A stretch of DNA of 63,010 nucleotides, counting the filler, from an uncultured bacterium (GTDB lineage Bacteria; Hinthialibacterota; Hinthialibacteria; Hinthialibacterales; Hinthialibacteraceae): NCBI GenBank assembly GCA_964449065.1. It is 2 parts of 2 records of this genome, joined end to end, with 100 filler letters (N's around TTAATTAATTAA, not from the genome) between each part and the next. Parts side by side here need not be neighbours in the genome. Positions count along the whole stretch, not along the records: positions 1 to 31,583 come from CAYVAZ010000014.1; 1 more part is not named here. One strand, written 5' to 3'. Positions within the stretch are counted from its first letter, which is position 1, and each line of letters starts with the position of its first letter. Below, in pieces: positions 19,294-27,143 of this stretch. A model generated the notes under the pieces. It was given only the letters and a program-made list of their open reading frames with translations. It was not told the DNA's origin and did no database searches. A program made the translations under genes and the position numbers.

Positions 19294-20331
19294 TTACCTC
19301 ACATTCATCAGTTGTTTAAGAATCAGCAAATCCATCCCCTCGTAATCGCGTTTTTTGCGCAGGGCGTCCAATTTATTGCGGTCGATGGAGCGGGAGACCT
19401 TTAGCAGCAGGTTGAACATCTCGCGGCTGTTGGAGAGGTGTTTGGTGTCATCGTTTTGTTTGGTGGTGCGCATGGCTTTGACATCCAAGCCGACAAACTC
19501 GCTGTTTTTGCCGAAATCGTTCTGATCCAACACATCGACCTGATTAAACGCGCGGCGCAGGTTGACCGAACCGAACGAGCGGTCTTGATCGTATTTCAGT
19601 CCGTTTTGGTCGTTCAGGTGCACGCTCCACAATTTGCCGTGTGCTAGGGCGTAGGCCATATCATCGGATGGATCAAGCCCCGCCAAAATTGAGTGCGCCG
19701 ATTCAATCAATGCCCCCACCCGACTAGGATCGTTGGTCTTATAGCACAAACCAATCATGTGACCGACCGTAGGGCAATAGGCTTGATCCATCGGCTCGTT
19801 GGGTTTCATTTCGCCGAGGATTTTGACATTCGGGTCATGGTCAAGCTGGGCGTTCAGCCACTCAATCATATAGCCCACACACGCCACCGGGTCTTTTGCT
19901 TCGCGGATGTAGGTTCCTTCACGCGCCGGCCACCACACGGTGAGGTTGGTGCCCATCAGGTTGCCGATATCAATGCTGCGTTTGGCGCGTTCCAGCGCAT
20001 ACTTGCGTTCGCTGGCGGTGTTGGAGGTCACGCTGCCGTCGATGGTGCGCGGATCTTCCCACAGGCGGGGCGCCACAAACTCGGCAACCAAACCTTCGCC
20101 GTCCAGCATCTTTTTAACTTTATTGACGCCGCGTTTGGTTTGCGTCCAATCCCAATCGGCCGGAACAACATCGTCATCGTGCAGCTGCACGCCGTCGAAG
20201 CCGAGTTTTTTGTACATCTTGATCTTATGCGCGAAGGTGCGCGGTTTGCGTACCACCGGACCAAACGGGTCTGCCCCCTCGTGGATGTTCCACGGCCCGA
20301 ATGAAAAGCGGTATTGATCGTTGCGTGCCAT
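19294..20331 (-). CDS. xylA: Xylose isomerase family TIM-barrel protein
   Basis: FSFGPWN..GADPFG, HDDD, WPAREG, EMKPNEP, ESAH and HLNDQNGLKYDQD. Confidence 0.8.
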   Translation of the reverse strand: MARNDQYRFSFGPWNIHEGADPFGPVVRKPRTFAHKIKMYKKLGFDGVQLHDDDVVPADWDWTQTKRGVNKVKKMLDGEGLVAEFVAPRLWEDPRTIDGSVTSNTASERKYALERAKRSIDIGNLMGTNLTVWWPAREGTYIREAKDPVACVGYMIEWLNAQLDHDPNVKILGEMKPNEPMDQAYCPTVGHMIGLCYKTNDPSRVGALIESAHSILAGLDPSDDMAYALAHGKLWSVHLNDQNGLKYDQDRSFGSVNLRRAFNQVDVLDQNDFGKNSEFVGLDVKAMRTTKQNDDTKHLSNSREMFNLLLKVSRSIDRNKLDALRKKRDYEGMDLLILKQLMNVR

Positions 20332-20489
20332 TATTTCGTTCTCCCCAATCGCGGATGATTTAAAAAGTGCCGCCATTATTGCATAGAAACGGATGTAAGA
20401 AAACAGTTAGAAGCTGCTTGCAGAATTTTTGCAAAACAGAGACAGACGGTATACTGAAACCAAACCAAACTTCATTAAGGGAGACGAAC

Positions 20490-21059
20490 ATGTCGCGAAT
20501 CGTATCGAAACCGGAAACCAAATACCCTTGGTATGTCCATCTATTGTTTTGGCTGCAGCGCCGCAATTACGGTCGGGTGCTGGAACCCAGCAAACTTTGG
20601 GGCCTTTCCCCCCGCGTGTTTCTGGGGGTGGCTTTGCTGTATGGCGCTCTGAACCGGAAGGCTTCTCCCATTGATCCGCAATTGCGGGCGTTGATTACGG
20701 TGCGGGTATCGCAAATCAACTGGTGCCGCTTTTGTGTGGATATTAATTCCGCCACGGTGCTCAAACGCGGCGGCACGGAAGATAAACTGAACGATCTGGA
20801 ACATTTTCGCGACAGCCCGCATTTTACAGAAGTTGAAAAAGCCGTGTTGGATTATGCCGAAGCGATGACCATCACCGACCGTGAAGTGACGGATGAAATG
20901 GTCAACGGATTGAAAGCCTATTACGATGACGCGGCCATATCCGAACTAACCGGATTGATTGCCTTTCAAAACCTGTCCAGCAAATACAACTCCGCCTTGG
21001 ATGTACAGCCGCAGGGCTTTTGCAAGATACCATCGATGGAGTTGAAGAAGGGGGAGTAG
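20490..21059 (+). CDS. AhpD/carboxymuconolactone decarboxylase family protein
   Basis: VRVSQINWCRFCVD CxxC motif; GGGAG SD upstream of ATG 20490. Confidence 0.85.
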   Translation: MSRIVSKPETKYPWYVHLLFWLQRRNYGRVLEPSKLWGLSPRVFLGVALLYGALNRKASPIDPQLRALITVRVSQINWCRFCVDINSATVLKRGGTEDKLNDLEHFRDSPHFTEVEKAVLDYAEAMTITDREVTDEMVNGLKAYYDDAAISELTGLIAFQNLSSKYNSALDVQPQGFCKIPSMELKKGE

Positions 21060-21167
21060 ACACTTCTACATCCGAAATCATCTGACAGCAGCAGCCGATT
21101 CAGCTACTATTTAAGGAGATAGAACACGCTTTTTATTCTGGAACTTCAAGTTAAACGGAGTGGATTC

Positions 21168-22145
21168 ATGCGAAAAAAGAGGGTGTTGCTAGAGTTGGGA
21201 ATTGTTTCTTTTGTATTGATGTTATTGCTGTGGATTTTTGTGCCCAAGTTTTTGGGTTCACAGCGGATTGACCTGATGAGAGAATTCCCTGACCCAACTG
21301 TTAGAAGCATAGTGGCGCATAAATTTGGAGTGGATGAGAATTCATCCATTTCAATCAGACAAGCACAAGAATTCACTGGAACATTGGATATTGTAAACCA
21401 TCCGAATGACTTAACCGGTTTGCACCATTTCCCAAACTTGGAATGGATCAATATCAGTTCCGACAATCTGATGGAAATTAATTTATCGAAATTGCCCAAT
21501 TTGGAGCATTTGCGTTTCAGTGGGGCAAATCTTGTACGATTAGTGACAAAACATAACTCAAAACTGAAAGAGGTTTCTATAAATAGCAGTCATTTTGAAA
21601 TCCCGGCGCAAATTCCTGAATTTGATTTTTCTCAAAATCCAAATCTTGTAAAACTCACAATTATCAATTTTTACTTAGAAGAAATTGATCTTTCCACTTT
21701 ATCTAACCTTTATCATTTGGATTTATCCAACTCATACCATTATTATGGAAAAACCGGAAAATCCATCAAACGGGGATTAACCAAACTGGATCTTAGCAAA
21801 AACCCGAAATTGAAGCATTTGCGAATCAATTCTAATAAACTAAAACATCTTGACCTTTCACATACCCCGCTTTTACGTGAAGTGAACTGCGGAATGAATG
21901 AATTGGAATCGATTAAATTATCAAATTCTAAAAAATTACGCTCTTTGTATTGTTTTTTTAATCATCTGACAACCCTGAACTTTTCTGCATGTAAAGAAAT
22001 AAATAAAATTCTTTGCAACGATAATCAATTGGAAACCATTGTGTTTGGCAACAACAAATATTTAAGTGAATTGGTTTGCACCAACAACCAAATCAAAGAA
22101 CTCGATCAAAATATTTTGAAAGGGTTAACCCTTTTCAAACGGTAG
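21168..22145 (+). CDS. Membrane-anchored leucine-rich repeat protein
   Basis: N-terminal TM helix; FPD cap; repeated LxxLDLSxNxxLxxL; AT-rich. Confidence 0.85.
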   Translation: MRKKRVLLELGIVSFVLMLLLWIFVPKFLGSQRIDLMREFPDPTVRSIVAHKFGVDENSSISIRQAQEFTGTLDIVNHPNDLTGLHHFPNLEWINISSDNLMEINLSKLPNLEHLRFSGANLVRLVTKHNSKLKEVSINSSHFEIPAQIPEFDFSQNPNLVKLTIINFYLEEIDLSTLSNLYHLDLSNSYHYYGKTGKSIKRGLTKLDLSKNPKLKHLRINSNKLKHLDLSHTPLLREVNCGMNELESIKLSNSKKLRSLYCFFNHLTTLNFSACKEINKILCNDNQLETIVFGNNKYLSELVCTNNQIKELDQNILKGLTLFKR

Positions 22146-22384
22146 GAACCCCACAGAAAGGTTTTAATCTTCCAGAATAACAATTGTGAAGTCATAAGAT
22201 AGATTGAAGAAAAAATGGATTTTCCAAGAAGATATTTTGAAGAAATCATCGCCGATATTATAGAGATGAGTTATGGTGACAATTCCCTGCAATTTTACAC
22301 TTTATCATAGGCGAGTGGTGAGTTGCGCTTCGCTTTGATCCCATCAATTTCTACAAGTCATTTCCCTTATTGGATTTTACTTCT

Positions 22385-22524
22385 TATACTAGGTTGCAAA
22401 AAGATAGTTAGTAATTCCATCTTTGATTTTGTAGGGGCAACCCCCAGTGGTTACCCCACAGCAGGGCATCCCCTACAATCGTACGGCAATTTATATATAA
22501 CATGTTTACTACAACTTGGTATTA
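22385..22524. mobile_element. MITE-like element carrying a GTAG-type REP pair
   Basis: Ends TATACTAGGTTGCAA and TACAACTTGGTATTA; internal GTAGGGGCAACCCC...CCCCTAC. Confidence 0.6.
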
Positions 22525-22570
22525 TATCAGAACAATTCCACACGCTTTCCACAAATTCCCGCAATTGTTC

Positions 22571-22685
22571 TCAAGTCGGAAATTTAACTACCGATACTTT
22601 GAACCAGACATTCGCATATGGCCTTGAGGATCAAGGCGGCGGATGTTGGAAAAAAGTTTTAAGATCGATTTTTATGTGCCGATAA
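22571..22685 (+). promoter_or_regulatory. Tandem sigma28 (FliA)-type promoters
   Basis: TCAAG-N14-ACCGATAC (22571-22597) and TTAAG-N14-GCCGATAA (22659-22685), upstream of flagellin 1. Confidence 0.75.
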
Positions 22686-22877
22686 AATGTATCGGCTGTG
22701 GTATTAGACCACAGGGTTCAGGGGTGGAACAGCCGTTAGGCTCAGGATGAGCCGCCCGGAGTCGAGGATACCGGAACGACGGCAAAACATCTCAATGCAG
22801 GTACAGGGAAGGATGACCCGGTACCGCAAACAACCTGACAGGATGTCGGGCTGCAACGTATCACGGAGGATACAACC
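22621..22877 (+). promoter_or_regulatory. Flagellin leader with multiple CsrA-type GGA hairpins
   Basis: GCCTTG-AGGAT-CAAGGC, GGCTC-AGGAT-GAGCC and CCTGAC-AGGAT-GTCGGG; ACGGAGGA at the SD. Confidence 0.75.
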
Positions 22878-25430
22878 ATGAGCATCACACGCATTAATAA
22901 CAATGTCTCTGCCATTCGAGCGGGGATCAATCTCAACCGGACCAGCCGGGATCTCACCAAAAATATCGAGAAACTCTCTTCGGGGCTGCGGATTAACCGG
23001 GCCGGCGATGACGCGGCAGGGTTAACCGTCCGCGAACGGCTGCGTACGCAAATCCGGGGGACCAACCAAGCGATTCAAAACGCGCAAAACGGAATCAGCA
23101 TGGTCAATACCTCGGAAGCGGCGCTGGACGCCTTGGTTTCCAGCCTGCAGCGGATTCGCGAACTCGCCATCGCCGCCGGGAACACCGGAAGCAACGACCC
23201 GGAATCCATCTTGGCGATTCAAGAAGAGGTTTTTCAACAGGTCGATGAGGTCAACCGCATCGCGACAACCGCGCGGTTCAGTACCCGTCTTCTCTTCACC
23301 GGTGACAACGCGGTTAACTCCGATATCCGCGCGGGACAAGACGAGGTGGGCGTTCGCATCAGCAACGACCCCAACGCCAGTTCCATGAGTTCCGGTACCT
23401 CCATTCTAAATGTCATCCAAACCCAAAAAGGCCAAGAAAACCTTTTACCCTTTAAAAATGAAAACGGACAAGCCGTCTTCGCGACTGGTATTGCCGATTC
23501 CACCGATATATCCGTTTCCACCGATCAGTTCATCCGCAGCGGCAACTCCGTAACCGCTGGCGATCCACTTGCAGCATTAACATTCGGTGGCGTATCCATC
23601 AGTCAAAACAACATCATCACCTTTCAAGGTGTATTATCCGATGGGAAAACACCCTTTGCCGGCGCATTGAGTGTGACAAACGCGGGCGGGGCGCAATCCA
23701 TGCAGGCGCTGCTCAGCACCATTCAAACCGCGATTGACAATGCGGAAACCACACTGTTTGGCGGGGTCGCTGCCGATATACCGGGTGACTTTATTCAAAC
23801 TCATGTCAGTTTGGGAGCGCCAGGCGGGACGGTTTCGGTTGGATCCGGCCGGATCAAATTTTTTGGCGCATCCGCCGAGGGTACCACCAATACCACATTA
23901 GCAGACGCAACCGATGGGCCGTCTCAGTTTAACATACAGTTCAACGTGATCGACAACGCGGGGAACTTGAAACACAGTACCGAATCCACTCGTGATTTTG
24001 TAAACGGGGTCATGGTTGGCGGTCAAATCGGGAATATTGCGCAAGGGATCACTGGATCCACGTTTGATAGCGGAAACTTTAACATCGAAGTAACCGATGT
24101 TGTACCGCCCAGCCGCAGAACCACCGAAACGACTGTTCCGTTTCTGGATCGAAACGGCAGTATTTTTGATGCCACTTCTTCCCTGGCAAGCAGAGGATCC
24201 ATCAACGGGACGACGATCAATGGAAACTATACGTTAAGTGATAAAGGGATCAACTTTGCCGCCGGAGATAAGGTTCAAATTGATGGAACCAACGCGGACG
24301 GGTCTACCTTTTCAGCAGTGTTTACACTGCAGAACAGCGGTGACACCGATACAAACTTGGGAGACTTCCAGTTTGCCACGTTATCCGGCCTGATTGCGGA
24401 ACTGAACTTTCGGGACCGCACGGTTGGCAGCCGGAACCCGAACGAACCTCAGTTCTTCACGGATTCGAAGGTGCAATTAACCGGAGAAGGAACCCTGCGG
24501 CTGATAGACGATGAAGCCAAAACCTCATCCTCTTCTCTCTTTATGAAGGTCATTGACAATGATACAACCCGAACCGTATCTGACCGGGCGGAACTGATTG
24601 TGGATGGAACGGAAGAACAAGCCAGTATTTCAATCAACGGCGGGCCGCGGCAGCGGGTTACGGTAGGCGATCAAGTTACTCTGTTTGGTCCGAAACCCAC
24701 CGTGTTCGGCGAAAGCACACCGCAAATTTCGTTTCGCGTGGGAGCAGGCTTCCGGGAAAATTTAGCGGATTCCATCTTTACTAACGGATCGGATACAGCC
24801 GAGATCGTGGCGCAGGAATTTGTCGGTTCTCTCAACGGGGGCACAGAGGTAACGTTTCAAAACGGGGATCAAAATGTCTTTTTTGAAAGCGGTTCGGCCT
24901 TTGGTGTGGCGGAAACACTGCGAATGGATTTTGACGCGGTCTTGGATATCACCGGCCCGCCGAATGATGGTTCTTCCAACACAGGGCGCGCCATATTGAT
25001 TTCAACCGTCAACAATGCCATCAACTTCCAAATCGGACCGTTTGCAGGGCAAAACCTGCTGATGAATATACCCGACATGCGCGGGGATAACCTCGGATTC
25101 GGGCGGGGCAGCGGACGCACCATCTCGACCATCAACGTCACTTCGGTTGAAGGTGTGAATGAGGCATTGGCCATCATCGACCGCGCCCTGGACCAGGTGA
25201 GCCGTACCCGGTCGCAGCTGGGCGCGATTACCAACCGGATGGAGACCACGATCGACAGTCTGTCGGTGGCGTCCGAGAACCTGACATCGTCGGAATCCTT
25301 GCTGAGCGATGTGGATATCGCCAAAGAAACATCGGAATTCACATCGAATCAGATCATCTTCCAAGCGGGAACTTCGGTTCTATCGCAGGCGAACCTGCTG
25401 CCGCAGGGACTGTTATCGCTACTTGGATAA
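22878..25430 (+). CDS. fliC: Flagellin 1 (850 aa, large variable region)
   Basis: RINNNVSA...KLSSGLRINRAGDDAAG N-terminus; RSQLGAITNR...SVLSQAN..PQGLLSLLG C-terminus. Confidence 0.96.
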   Translation: MSITRINNNVSAIRAGINLNRTSRDLTKNIEKLSSGLRINRAGDDAAGLTVRERLRTQIRGTNQAIQNAQNGISMVNTSEAALDALVSSLQRIRELAIAAGNTGSNDPESILAIQEEVFQQVDEVNRIATTARFSTRLLFTGDNAVNSDIRAGQDEVGVRISNDPNASSMSSGTSILNVIQTQKGQENLLPFKNENGQAVFATGIADSTDISVSTDQFIRSGNSVTAGDPLAALTFGGVSISQNNIITFQGVLSDGKTPFAGALSVTNAGGAQSMQALLSTIQTAIDNAETTLFGGVAADIPGDFIQTHVSLGAPGGTVSVGSGRIKFFGASAEGTTNTTLADATDGPSQFNIQFNVIDNAGNLKHSTESTRDFVNGVMVGGQIGNIAQGITGSTFDSGNFNIEVTDVVPPSRRTTETTVPFLDRNGSIFDATSSLASRGSINGTTINGNYTLSDKGINFAAGDKVQIDGTNADGSTFSAVFTLQNSGDTDTNLGDFQFATLSGLIAELNFRDRTVGSRNPNEPQFFTDSKVQLTGEGTLRLIDDEAKTSSSSLFMKVIDNDTTRTVSDRAELIVDGTEEQASISINGGPRQRVTVGDQVTLFGPKPTVFGESTPQISFRVGAGFRENLADSIFTNGSDTAEIVAQEFVGSLNGGTEVTFQNGDQNVFFESGSAFGVAETLRMDFDAVLDITGPPNDGSSNTGRAILISTVNNAINFQIGPFAGQNLLMNIPDMRGDNLGFGRGSGRTISTINVTSVEGVNEALAIIDRALDQVSRTRSQLGAITNRMETTIDSLSVASENLTSSESLLSDVDIAKETSEFTSNQIIFQAGTSVLSQANLLPQGLLSLLG

Positions 25431-25479
25431 TAAGCACAAATTAGAGGTTACCTGAATTGCTGTTCATCTAATGATAAAC

Positions 25480-25513
25480 GGGGTGGGATGACACCAGCTC
25501 TGCCTCCCACCCC
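25480..25513 (+). terminator. GC-rich hairpin after flagellin 1 (no U-tract)
   Basis: GGGGTGGGA...TCCCACCCC, 9-bp stem. Confidence 0.5.
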
Positions 25514-25613
25514 AACTGAACAACCGAAGCAGTTGAAGTGATATAACAGATATTTAGAACTGTATATCGATTTAAGGCAGGTGTAGAACCGTACGCAAAA
25601 ACATGATCACAAA

Positions 25614-25629
25614 CGGCACGGGTTGTGCA
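25614..25629 (+). promoter_or_regulatory. Putative sigma54 (-24/-12) promoter
   Basis: CGGCACG-GGTT-GTGCA, with GG-N10-GC spacing and two mismatches to TGGCACG-N4-TTGCW. An imperfect palindrome lies upstream at about 25540-25568. Confidence 0.5.
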
Positions 25630-25997
25630 GCGTCCGCAAGGAAATGAAAAGGACGCAATGCATGGAATGCCAGGAATGCTTGAGGACAATCAAAATCCCC
25701 AGGAAGGGAAAGAAAGATAAGGATTGAACGGGCAACGCTAAAACGGGTATGAAAATCCAGGTACGGAGATTGATAAAAATACATTTGGAAAAAACCGAAC
25801 GGATGGACGCACCGGCTGGAAGTCGATGCTCCCTAACGATGAACCGAAATGTTGAGCAGTTGTCAAACGTCTGTTGGATTTGAAAGGACGGGGCTGCTGC
25901 CGGGCCGGAAGTACCGTTCGATTTCATCAGAACATAGTTTTGGTAATCATTATAGATATTTGAATGAACACAGCAAAACCGAAAGGAGGTCTGGACT

Positions 25998-26096
25998 ATG
26001 AAGTTAAAAGAACTCCACCACGTTGTAGAACATTTTAGCAAGAAGATGTTTCGCAAAATGCGGCGCCGAGTGGGATCTACATTGGCATTTGCCTAG
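25998..26096 (+). CDS. Candidate 32-aa basic small protein MKLKELHHVVEHFSKKMFRKMRRRVGSTLAFA
   Basis: AAAGGAGGT SD 7 nt before ATG 25998; TAG at 26094-26096. Confidence 0.4.
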   Translation: MKLKELHHVVEHFSKKMFRKMRRRVGSTLAFA

Positions 26097-27102
26097 CTCG
26101 AGTGAAAGCAATCATGGCAAAGGCACGGTAAGCCACCGGCTGAGTATCAATGCGGATAGACGGATCAATGCGGGAGGTGCGACCCTGGATTGATCCGGAA
26201 TATACAAGGAGTAATTCGATGGTGCGAATCGAACGTGGTCTCATAGAATCCATCCGGCAGAACGTTGTTCTTCCTCCTTCTCCCGGACGGTTTTGGACGC
26301 TCCTTAGCTTATCCAACCCGGTACTTGGCCATTGCGGAACTTTATAGAGATGGGAGGGTTTTCGGTGAGAATTGTGATCAATCATTCAACCGGTACAACA
26401 ACAAGGAATCAAATTATGCGCAATATTCCTTCACCGGAAGCCCTCCTCTCATTCCTGCTGAAAGCGAAAGAATCGCTGGATCAGAACCATGGCTGTACCC
26501 CTGAATATGACGGGATCGAGGCGTTTTGTATCCGTGCGTATCGAAAACATATAGTTGAACAGTACCGGTTTCATTAAGGGAATACTAAGGATGGATAGGT
26601 TTGTTCCGCCTCCATCAGCCGGAACGATTTTTGGAATGCATACAGACATGTGAGGTCGATCAACAAGATTTGCGTTGCTGGATCAACCGGTGCGTAAATC
26701 TCAAAAACGCGAATGCAAAGGTTTGTTTTCATATAAACACTATGAGTCAAACACAATGGAGGTTTAACGTCATACAACCAACATAGCCTGCCCGCACTGG
26801 AACGGTGCATCAGGTTGACCCCCTGAAGTAAGGCAGGAGAGACTCCACGAGAGTTTGGTCTGGTGACCCTAGACACAAGTTTTATCTGGTAACAGTGGCT
26901 GCTTACGTGTTGCTTACAGCACCCAATCTGTAGCGGCACGCGCAGACATGAACATAAATACGTAAGACATACCACTCGCGCCGGTATAGCGAAGAGTGTG
27001 CCGGGGTGCTTCACTCGACATCCCGGCATACGCACTCTTCGTGACAGCACCCAAGCACATGCTGGCGAAAGTGAATGTCTCCGTAAAACGCAGGATTTAA
27101 TA

Positions 27103-27138
27103 ACCGGCACGGAAGCCGGTAACCCATTACACGGAGGT
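27103..27138 (+). promoter_or_regulatory. CsrA-type hairpin plus a GGA site overlapping the SD of flagellin 2
   Basis: ACCGGC-ACGGAA-GCCGGT followed by ACGGAGGT. Confidence 0.75.
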
Positions 27139-27143
27139 TTGCC

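Larger units (their letters stand above)
25640..27143 (+). ncRNA. Candidate very large structured RNA or leader between the flagellins
   Basis: No credible long ORF; near-continuous stems with G-U pairs on the + strand; GGA-rich 5' block; ends in a CsrA-type hairpin at the flagellin 2 RBS. Confidence 0.6.

Noticed and set aside
25561..25625. Group II intron domain V-like CGTACGGTTC on the minus strand
   Set aside because: No AGC/CGC triad, GNRA loop or domain VI; no reverse transcriptase ORF; G-U polarity of the region favours the + strand.
25998..26096. tmRNA (LAFA-ending peptide and a CTCCACCA)
   Set aside because: No tRNA-like T arm or matching 5' acceptor strand, and the ORF has its own SD and ATG.
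26830..26880. Group I intron R-element-like GAGAGACTCCACG
   Set aside because: No matching S element or P/Q core found, and no interrupted host gene.
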